Source: Hormiphora californensis
Taxonomy: Eukaryota > Animalia > Ctenophora
Length of the DNA: 64,000 nucleotides
Reading direction: 5' to 3'
NCBI GenBank assembly: GCA_020137815.1
Contig: CM035356.1
Coordinates: 744,001 to 808,000 of the forward strand
A program made the position numbers and the translations under genes. This document shows positions 54,450-64,000 of the stretch, piece by piece. Below the pieces are notes generated by a model that was not told where the DNA came from, ran no database searches, and saw only the letters and a program-made list of their open reading frames with translations. Position 1 is the stretch's first letter; the number at the start of each line of letters is the position of its first letter.

Positions 54450-57400
54450 TTAGCTAGCTGCAGTAGTAGCAGTACTCCTGACGCTTGCATACTTGCTACT
54501 GTTTCGTTTCCTGGTGACTGCCCTCCGTAGCTCAGGGTTCTTTCGCAACATGATCAGCTTTGGGAGGAAGATGAGGCAACTGACAGCAATCACAAGGATC
54601 AATACTATCAGAGACAGGGAAAACACCTGAGCAGAGAATATCATGTGATAGTAATATCTTTTGGAGGGTATTATTAATATACATATGTAAAAGTATCTTT
54701 TGGATCACATTCCCGCTTTACAGCAAAATTATACCCTAAATACCGCCATTATGTAATTACCATGTCCCCTGTTTACCTGTTTTTTCCCTGGAAGTAGCAC
54801 CATGGCAGGTACAAAAGTAGAAACCAAGGCAAGGGCCATGACCGAACACATGAAAATGTACATGGACTCTTTGAAGTTGTCGGGTAGTTTGCGGCTCAAA
54901 AATCCGAGGTAACTTGAAAGAAGAAGTAGGAGTCCCGCGTAGGCCATGATGGTGTAAACTAAGCTGCTGTCTTGGGCTTTACAGGACTCTGTTATGGACA
55001 TGTTCTCCTGTAGAAACTCCTCTATCGATAGCTTCTTCATGTACCTGTACATTTAGAATTACGATATGGGTTCATCTGATATATTAGTCGACCACTTGAA
55101 TCATTAGAAAAACTCATGTATCACTAATAATTCATGTATCACATATTTCATAGAACAGTACAATACTACTAACTACTGACTACTTAGTATAATAATTATA
55201 CCTGAACTGGGGGAAGAGGAAGCTGCCAGCTAGACAAGCTAGAATAGGGAGAGAAAGGAGAACAGAACTAACCTGAACTGGGGGAAGAGGAAGCTGCCAG
55301 CTAGACATCCTAGAATAGGGAGAGAAAGGAGAACAGAACTAACCTGAACTGGGGGAAGAGGAAGCTGCCAGCTAGACATCCTAGAATAGGGAGAGAAAGG
55401 AGAACAGAACTAACCTGAACTGGGGGAAGAGGAAGCTGCCAGCTAGACAAGCTAGAATAGGGAGTGAAAGTAGAACAGAACTAACCTGAACTGGGGGAAG
55501 AGGAAGCTGCCAGCTAGACAAGCTAGAATAGGGAGTGAAAGGAGAACAGAACTAACCTGAACTGGGGGAAGAGGAAGCTGCCAGCTAGACATCCTAGAAT
55601 AGGGAGAGAAAGTAGAATAGCCCAGAGATAAACATACCATCCTTTCACGTACCTGAGGAGATGTATTGTTATACCTAGTCAATATATGAGAGATGGAAGT
55701 TTGGAGGTCTAAACCAGGAACCGACCGAATCAGGAAATACTGGTCCCTGATTGGCTGATAACCAGTCACGTGACCTAAATAACGAGTTATGATTGGTTGT
55801 TTACTTGTTTCGGTCGGTTCCTGGTCTAAAGTTGTGTTTGGGTTTGTCGGGATTGCTTACATTGTAACGCTGTTGTTTGTTGCAGCAAGTTTGAAGATAA
55901 CCACTATTCGTAGAGTCCGTATCACAATAGGGACCAAGGTCAGGGTCAGGAACAAGTGAGCTGTCAGGAGTATACCATCACACACAATCTGGACTGAGAG
56001 AGTTTGGGGAATGGGGATTAATCGAGGGGCTATAATAACCGATCAGATTTCACTATTGGAACCTGTTGCCGCGGTATAACTGGGTGGGTATATTGCACTC
56101 TCAGATAAAACAAGAAGGGGCCGGGGCCGGGTAGAACTGGGTGGGTCTCACTACTTCAGGCACTCCCAGATCTTACTTGGTGGACTGGATACCAGAGCAG
56201 CGTTGAGGATGCCACACAGCATCCCAGGAAACATGTAGATAGCAAGGTCCCTTCCTGATGCTCTAACCACCTTACTATTCCAAAAGTACAAATAAAACAC
56301 TGCAATGGGGTGTCAAGTAGTGTCAAAACGGCTGTCATGGGGGAAGAAAGTATGTCTTGATTTGAGTTGTGATATTATATACCCTGCTAACTTCAATAAC
56401 CCGCCAGCGGCGAGAAGTCCCACTGGCGCGCTCTCAATATACAGCCAGTCCAGCGGCAGATTATTTCCCACTGGCTGGCTGTTTATTATTAACTCCTATG
56501 TTACATTCAAAGTGTGTGTAAATGATCAGTTCTTACTGAAATACAGAGGGAACACTGTTTGCAAGAGTTACACACTGCATTGGAGAGAAAGAAACAACAC
56601 ATTCCGTCAATTTCTCTCTCTTTATCTCCCCTTTTGTTTCACTATCTCAATTCCTCTGTGTTATGTCTGGCATGCCCCATATCTTGTTATTTCTTTCTCT
56701 CTCTCCTTAGTAACTGTTACCAAACAATATACACTCAATTGAGAGATGTTTTTGACTGTTTCTCAGTTCTCTTTGTGTGTTTTGATTAGTGTTCTCTCTC
56801 TTGTTAGTGTGTAATACTTGAAACAAACAACTAAAGCAGGGTATATAACCCATAAACTCTGACCAATGGCACGTTATTGGTTTAAACCCCTCCGCCTCTC
56901 CCTCGGCTACGCCTCAGGATCGTCGTCGTGATTTAAACCAGTTTATCCGCCACTGGCGGATAAACTACAGCTACCTTCTCCCAGCGGCGCGCTGGGAGAA
57001 AGGTATCTGAAATAACGTGCCAGTGGCCAGAGTTTATGCCTCATATATTTACCGAGTATAACTCCGACTAAGATGAAAGTCAGTACAGCCAGGACCAGGA
57101 CTATGTTTCCCAGGCTGGTCCCGATCAAATCAGCGTTGGTTGCAGTCCGGGAACAGTTAGTTCGCTCATTGTTTACCTACAGAGTGTGACACGTGTTATA
57201 AAGGAGGAGTTGAGATAATCACAGACCACTGTTTCTGTGGGCAGAACCCTATACTTTTTACTTTTTAGTACTGTAAAAAGTAGAGGGTTCTGCCCATAAT
57301 TTCCCCGTTAGTATCGTTTCTCAACATCAACATCAAGTTGAGACAAGGTTCAAACATTACTTACATATTTTCCCTCAGGACATTCCATGCAGTAGGCTGC

Positions 57401-59961
57401 ATTCACTGTACTGGATACCTTGTTACCCTCACACCTGGTGCACTTCCAGCAGTTTGCCAGGCCCTCTGACAGAGACAAGTCCCGGTAATATCCCGCCATG
57501 CATTCCACACTACAATGCATTCGGCCGGGAAGAGATGAAACCAGCCTGAAATATATTTTGGATTAGTACTTGGAGTTTGGATTAGTTGGAAAGATATAAT
57601 TGTAATTAGCAGTATTAATTAGTAATTGTTCATTTGATATCATTAGAGATATTTGGCTGATTCTTACATTGTAAGGTTCTGTTCCAATTCATCTCCATCA
57701 TCCCCCTCTGACCAAAGCATGCGTTCCTCGTTGTTATAAAGTACACTAAACTCCACTTTGGGCTGGAAATGGCCCTGGTCATGAAAGTGGTACCCATCCT
57801 TTATGGGCTTGGAAACTTCGCTGAATTCCCTTATTAGTTCCTCAGATAAAGTCTTATCCATGGGTTGAAAGGTGCTTTGAGGCCTGGAGAGGTGTTCAGA
57901 TAGAAGGGTTGAATTGACACGGGATAGGCCCTCCACAAAGGGTTTCACTGAGTAGTAGATACGGTGGTTGAACGTTGAGAAGGTCAACCCGGTGCTGCTA
58001 ATCGGAGTTGGAAGAAAGAGCTCCCTCAAACATGTTAAATTAGTTCCTCCTTCACATCCAGTGGAGTTAATCGCCTTCTCAAACAAGGGTACAAGAGGTG
58101 TCCTTGTATCTGCCTCCACCAGAGGGTTTTCTCTCAGATACTTTTCCAGTATTGGCACTGTTTTGCGGGTCTGGCAGAGTCTCAGGTAGTGGATGCCAGC
58201 TGTTTTCCAGGCATCCTGGTAGGGCAAAACACACCCACTGCTGGTGTGGATCAGTAGAACTGATGCTTTACCCCTCAACTCGTCACTCCCTGAAACAAAC
58301 AGCATGTTCACAAACAGCTCTTATTTAGAAGCGGAGATATTAATTTTAATGTCAGTTATAATAGTGCGGCACAAACGGGAGATATGCGTAAATTGCTTAG
58401 CTAATACTGTAGTAGTCATTACCATTGATCTTGTCCGCTATGAAATTAATAAATTCCTCGGTAACCTTCTTTTTCACGATCATAATCATCACCATGGTTC
58501 GGTTTTGTTGGACACACTGTGATAGTTTTGAGATAATTAAATCACGGGACTTGAACGTCACTATTTTCTCCACATCTATCGAGTTTGTTCGAAGTGATTT
58601 GACCAGGATTGGCATCATGTTGGTACTATCTAGGTTATCAATGTCGTATAGGACTGAGACGGAGTTAGCTCCAACTAACTCGGGAATGCTGAAAATGAGA
58701 ATAATCGAATGTTTATACCTTTATAAATTTTGTTAACTGCAATTGGTCTAAAGTAAAAACACTTTTCAAAATTACTATGCAACCCGTGTTTTTAAAGAGT
58801 AACTTTTTTTGAAGTTTCCTTATTCATGTAACAAATTTAAAATTTAATATTATTGTGGTTATACAAATAATGTATTGCTTGACTATTCTTGAGTCTCATG
58901 ATCGATAATAGTTCATGTGTTGATTGGACAAGTTTCTTCCAATAATATCCAGCGAGTCTAACTTGTCCAATCAACACATGAACTATTATTATTGTGGTAA
59001 TTACCTAGGAAGAACTTTGTTTAGTTGGGTTGTTTGGGATGGTTTGAGTGTCACTATGGACTGGTAACCGTAGATGTCCAACAATGAATCTGCAACTCCG
59101 TCACCATTCAGCACAAAGGAAGGGGTCCTGATGAAGTTGAATTTTGTTAATTTAGGACTCCTTGACATGATTTACAATTATCGGCGAACTAATATATTAC
59201 GAGGCTGGCCACCATTCTGCCCACTGATAGAGTTGGGTACACCCTCACACTAATCCCACGAACAACTATAGTATTACTCCTCATTATACCTCATGGATGA
59301 TATGTAGGAAGCGAGTTCGGTGACAGAATTTGACTTTGACAGCCCAAATATTCCAATTATGTTGGGGTATTTCCAGAGAAGGTACTGAAAAGTTGTAATA
59401 AAGTCACCGATTTGAGCGTCATCGGTTCGAATCATGATATACCCTATCGTTCCGTTACCTGTAAATGCGATAGATACATTAACGGTTTTCTATAATAATC
59501 GAGTGATTCAGTGATAATGATCGAATTTTGTACGATTATGACCAAGGAGTTTCTAAATTTAAAACAAGAACTGCCAGTATGTAGGTCCATCCAATTGTCA
59601 TGTTAGCAAATAATGTACATATTATTTGTTATGTTCTAACCCTCCCTTTACATTTGTAAAGGTAGGGTTCGGGGCGCCCGAAACACAGTCTAGCCAGGCA
59701 ACATATTATATATATGTTAGCCAATTGTCATGTTAGAGAGAGAGAGAGAGAGATGTTAGTCTTACCGGGAAGATCTGGCTGAACCTCCTCTGCAGCAAAT
59801 TTGAAAGTGGCCGCGTTCTGAAGGGGGAGTGCAAGTTTCATTGTCCCAGTAAAGAGGAGCATCACTGATCCTTCCTTGATGTAGATATCATTGTCTGAGA
59901 TCCGTGTTGATACTCCGTGCAGTAACAATAGGAAAACTAGTATCACATACTGCTGCGCCAT
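54450..59961 (-). CDS. Class C GPCR (divergent Venus-flytrap domain, nine-cysteine domain, 7TM; mGluR/CaSR-like), ~10 exons
   Basis: Signal peptide MAQQYVILVFLLLLHGVS; NCD3G-like CSVECMAGYY..CWKCTRC..YCMECPEG (~57545-57365); KVVRASGRDL (ICL1); RKLPDNFKES (TM5-6); IFLPKL (TM7). Frameshifts in the ectodomain exons. Confidence 0.88.
55199..55612 (-). repeat. 71-bp x ~6 minisatellite made of the GPCR TM4-exon 3' end plus its splice donor
   Basis: Unit on +: ACCTGAACTGGGGGAAGAGGAAGCTGCCAGCTAGACA..TAGAATAGGGAG.GAAAG.AGAACAGAACTA. Confidence 0.9.
55715..55823. mobile_element. 109-bp hAT-like MITE
   Basis: TIR CAGGAACCGACCGAA; 8-bp flanks GTCTAAAC/GTCTAAAG. Confidence 0.85.
56380..57043. mobile_element. 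664-bp element, copy B, in a GPCR intron (inverted relative to copy A)
   Basis: TATA|TACCCTGCT...GCCTCA|TATA; same length as copy A. Confidence 0.85.
57238..57296. repeat. Short intronic hairpin/mini-MITE
   Basis: TGGGCAGAACCCT.TACTTTTTAC ... GTAAAAAGTA.AGGGTTCTGCCCA. Confidence 0.7.
58905..58989. repeat. Intronic inverted repeat (29-bp perfect arms, 27-nt loop)
   Basis: ATAATAGTTCATGTGTTGATTGGACAAGT ... ACTTGTCCAATCAACACATGAACTATTAT. Confidence 0.85.
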
Positions 59962-60193
59962 GATACCTGATCACTATAAATGACGGGTAGGGTCGTTATT
60001 AGTGTACTAGTACTGCTATATTACTATTACAGTAGAATGTATTATAATAACTTGTAAATCTTATATAACTTGTTGTAGCTAAAATGCATTGTCTTACAAA
60101 TTCGTAAGCTAAAAGAGAAAGAATAAGAATGTGAGAAACAAAATTCTGTCTGCTGTCAGGACTACTCAGCCAGAACAAGAGCAACAATCTCGA

Positions 60194-60444
60194 GAATACC
60201 TTACTCTCGTTTTTTAAGAAACGCTTTAGTAAGAAACTTTTTTATAAGAAACTTTTCAAATGTAAATCACACAATTCAGAGACACCACAACAAAATAGAA
60301 CACCCCTAACTTGTTTAGTTTCTTGATAAAGGAGAAATTCTTTTTGTTTTTGGATTGCTCACACCTGTAGTTTCCTAGAAAAAAAGTTTCTTATTTAAAA
60401 GTTTCTTGAAATATGCGAGCTTAATTAACGAGAGTAAGGTATTC
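60194..60444. mobile_element. MITE with 18-bp TIRs upstream of the GPCR
   Basis: GAATACCTTACTCTCGTT ... AACGAGAGTAAGGTATTC; subterminal AAGAAAC/GTTTCTT repeats. Confidence 0.65.
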
Positions 60445-60860
60445 GTTAAACAAAAGGCTGTCAGAGCATTGGCCTGATAGACGTACTGTGTTTTCTTAGA
60501 AAACGCACTGCACACGTTCCGTGAATCAACGGCCAAATAAAACGAAAGTACTAATTGACAATCTAGCAGCAGCTAATTAGTTCTTCCATAGATTACCGCT
60601 CCCATCGTGCCAAATAACTGGCTGGTTAGGCACATGTAGCTCAGTCAAAATTGAGAAAATTGAGAAGGCCATGTCCGGGTAATTTTCGAGCTGAATTGGA
60701 CCATGAGTAATTGTAAGATGAGGAAGAATCAGCCATGGCGGAGAAAGTGATTTAAACACGGAAAACATTGCAGTTGGACCACGATTTACTGGGATGCTCA
60801 GGGGGGGAAGGGTTTTGCCCGGTAAATCTGGGTTCCGGGGGGGAGTTGGCTCCATTGCAA

Positions 60861-61440
60861 GGTGGGCGGACTCTAGTACTAACGGACTCTTTATCTAAAT
60901 CCAAGGCGGACTCTATATCTAAAAACGGACTCTTTATCTACAGTTAGATTTTGAAAAAGGTTTAGATAAAGAGTCCTCCCTGTGTAGAGTTTTTAGATAA
61001 AGAGTCCGCCCTGTGTAGAATTTTTAGATATAGAGTCCTCTAGTACATTTTGGCGCCAAATCCTCCAACCCGGACTCTATGTCTAAAATCCTAACCCAAC
61101 CCAAAACCTAACCCTAACACTAACCCTAACCCTAACCTCGAACCCAAATAACGGCCCTAACACTTCTAAATTAGTATAGGGGTAGAGCAAACTCTCGTTT
61201 CCGGCCTAACGGCCGAAATCTCGAGTTCGCGGCGAAAGGCGGACTCTATATCTAATTTAGATTTATGTAGATATAGAGTCCACTTTTTTTAGACTTTTTA
61301 GATATAGAGTCCGCCCTTTGTAGACTTTTTAGACATAGAGTCCTCCTAGAGTTTAGACTTATTTGGACTCTTTATCTAAATCTAAATTTAGATATAGAGT
61401 CCTCTGTAGACTTAGAGTGTAGCACTAGAGTCCGCACACC
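60861..61440. mobile_element. MULE-like MITE (580 bp), copy 2, nested in a ~90-bp MITE (TTGGCTCCATTG..CAATGTGGCCAA, 60846-61526)
   Basis: Perfect 9-bp TSD CCATTGCAA; inverted copy of 52982-54229 without the nested element. Confidence 0.9.
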
Positions 61441-62756
61441 CCATTGCAACGGGCAACCTATTCTCGCTCCGAGATCGATCTCAGTCGCGCGCGACGTCGA
61501 TCTCACTCAGGTATCAATGTGGCCAAGGGGGGGGGGGAGGAGGTTGTCAATCAATCATGCTCACATGTGATTTTTCATGTATTTTATTTGTGTGTTATGA
61601 GTTCTGTACCGTTCACCAAATTGGTTAATTAACGGCGTTGGGTATTCGTAGGTATGTGCGTGTTACACCAAGTAGAGAGATAGAGAGAAAACAAGAATGA
61701 CAGAGAGTGAGAGAAAGAGAGAGAGAGAGAAAGAAAGAGAGGGAGAGAAAGAACTTAGCTTCGTTTCTTTCTTTTGGTTGTATTTTCAGGAAAAGCCCAT
61801 TTGGGGTGCGAGAGAGAGAGAGAGAGAGGGGGGAAGAGAAAAGATAGAAAGAAGGAAAAATAGGGAGACCTGGTTTTCTAACTAGTTGGTTGCATTAAGT
61901 TGTTACTATAGGCTTCGTGCGTTGTACCCTTTCTCAAATTGTATACCCTGAATATAGTTCAATAGGCCTGCACATGAGCACAAGGTATGATATATACTGT
62001 ACATGGTGTACATGTGACCAGCCATTGTATGATCCAGTGGAATAATATATTTGACCTATTCACTAGCTTATCAATCGTTACTGTCTATTAATTTCAGATA
62101 AAAAGGACCCATTGAAGCGTACCAGGGCCAGGAACTGCAAGCGAACTAGGGCTGCAGCCTCCCCTGACATGTCTGACAGATACAATCAGCCCGAGTACAG
62201 AGCAGCCCTTCGCTCAGGAGTGTGAGTAGTATTGTTTGTGGTGCTGGAAAGCGCTTTAATTATACCAAGCGTATTCAACTGAGCGCACTGTTGCATCCTC
62301 AGATTAGGTTTTGAGAATCAAAACGAGGTCTGGCAACGCTAAAAAGCAAAGTTTGAATCGCTTCACACGGTTTTAAAAACAATTCAAAAAACAGGCAGGG
62401 TATTGCCCATCATGGGGCCACAAGTAGAAACGTGAACCGCATTTTTTATAACATCAAATGATAATACTATTACTATTTGCTCGATTTCATTCAAAGTTCT
62501 GACTGCAGCAGCTATTGCTGCTGAAACACTTAACAAATGTGTGCACATCGGACTGCATCTCTTGCACTAACTCTTTATTAATTTCTACAAAGCAAAACAC
62601 GAACGGATCTGTCAGCGCAGCGATAATATTTTTCTCTAATTCTCTTCTTCCAGCGAGAAGATACAATTTAATTACACCTCAAGTACCGGGTCGTATAGAA
62701 ACAATTATACAGTATAGTACATATACTGCATTCCTGAGTTCTGGGTAGAAATCTTA

Positions 62757-63520
62757 ACGGGTGACAACTAAAAATCTGGACAATTTTCTGTGAGCTCTAG
62801 CGCCGGCCCCGCTTGAGATACATCTTCAGGCCAGTGATAGAACGATTTTTCAGACAATTTTGAATCAGAATAACACAACGGGAAAAACTAAAAAGTTCAT
62901 TTTCATTGCGTTATCGCATCATTTCCTCTTGACCCACCAAAGCATGTGTACGGAGATTTGAGATTTCTGTGTGATCAGAAACGACCTTCCCGATGAGATA
63001 AAATTCTCAAATTTGAAATAATGGTTGTTCATGCCATAACCAACATAACTGCCAAGTTTCAACATTTTAGCTTATCGGGAAGTTGGTTTTCCACGTCATA
63101 AATGTTTCGAGAGATCGTCAAAATGGCGATTTCTCAAATTACCTGTAAACTACGCTTTGAAGGGTTTGTTACAGATGATTCTGTGATTAGAATTGAGATT
63201 ATCGGAGTGTGAAACAAAGTTAATTTTGATCAAAATCGTCTGAAAAATCATTCTATCGCTGCCCCGAAGCTGTATCTCAAAAAGAACAGGCGCTAGAGGT
63301 GCTAGAAAAGTGTGTAAATTTCAAGTACTACATGCTTTGGTGGGTCAAGAGGAATTGATGCGATATCGCAATGAAAATGAACTTTTTAGTTTTTCCCGTT
63401 GTGTTATTCTGATTCAAAATTGTCTGATAAATCGTTCTATCACTGGCCTGACGCTGTATCTCAAGCGGGGCCGGCGCTAGAGCTCACAGAAAATTGTCCA
63501 GATTTTTAGTTGTCACCCGT
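62757..63520. mobile_element. TA-flanked MITE with ~190-bp TIRs
   Basis: ACGGGTGACAACTAAAAATCTGGAC..CCACCAAAGCATG, mirrored at ~63331-63520. Confidence 0.88.
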
Positions 63521-64000
63521 TATTGTTCGAAGAGTGCCATATCTAGGATTTAGTCATGAAAAACTAAACACAGGAAATACTATGTTCATTGTTGGTATCA
63601 TATCCTCAGCTGAGGATCAGTATAGTCAGGAATTTTAGAATTCATAAAATATGACTCGACCAATCGTCTGAACAAACTGATGACAGCTCTCACAAGACAT
63701 ATATGTTGCAGTTATTTTCACAAAGTTAAGCTCCACTACCAGAAGCGAAGCTGTGCGAAACTGCGAAAATAACTCTTCAGTGTCTCACTTTGTGTAGCAA
63801 CAGATTGTCAGTTGTGGGAGAGCGCAAACCGGGAATAGCCGATATAGCTCTTCAATTTCTGGATGTGGGATAGAGAGAGAAAACAGGGAATAGCTGTTAG
63901 CTCTGAATGTGGGATAGAGGGAGAGCATGAGTCCTGAAGAATGAATGTAAACATGGTTTCACACGATGTGCTGCCATCCTACACAGACTGTTTTTTGAGC

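Noticed and set aside
62098-62221. Possible exon (TTTCAG..GTGAGT; DKKDPLKRTRARN..)
   Set aside because: Good splice signals, but no recognisable product or linked exons; cannot be supported without RNA data.

Overview
Intron-containing animal (metazoan) genomic DNA with no rRNA, tRNA or CRISPR features that I can support. Several short repeat families match my unverified recollection of repeats in the comb jelly Pleurobrachia, so a ctenophore origin is a working hypothesis only. Genes, left to right: (1) a giant filamin-like gene (+, 970-23274; its N-terminus is off-window) with CH1/CH2 actin-binding exons, an apparently uninterrupted ~19-kb exon of filamin Ig repeats and Pro/Thr-rich spacers, and a repeat-24-like C-terminus, predicting ~6,700 aa; (2) a small SRCR + three-finger (LU) gene (+); (3) an SLC4A11-like transporter (-); (4) cytosolic carboxypeptidase 5/AGBL5 (-); (5) an F-box/LRR gene split by a MITE pair (-); (6) a class C GPCR (-). 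Clustered single-base frameshifts in the filamin, SLC4 and GPCR genes are most likely assembly errors. Transposons are abundant: long foldback elements; pogo-, hAT- and MULE-type MITEs with readable TSDs; a CR1 and an L2 LINE joined head-to-tail at one insertion site; and a 664-bp element that carries an internal inverted copy of its own circle junction, co-varying with its termini (tyrosine-recombinase-like). The best novelty candidates are the giant filamin, the circle-junction element, the CR1-L2 chimera and the minisatellites built from splice junctions.
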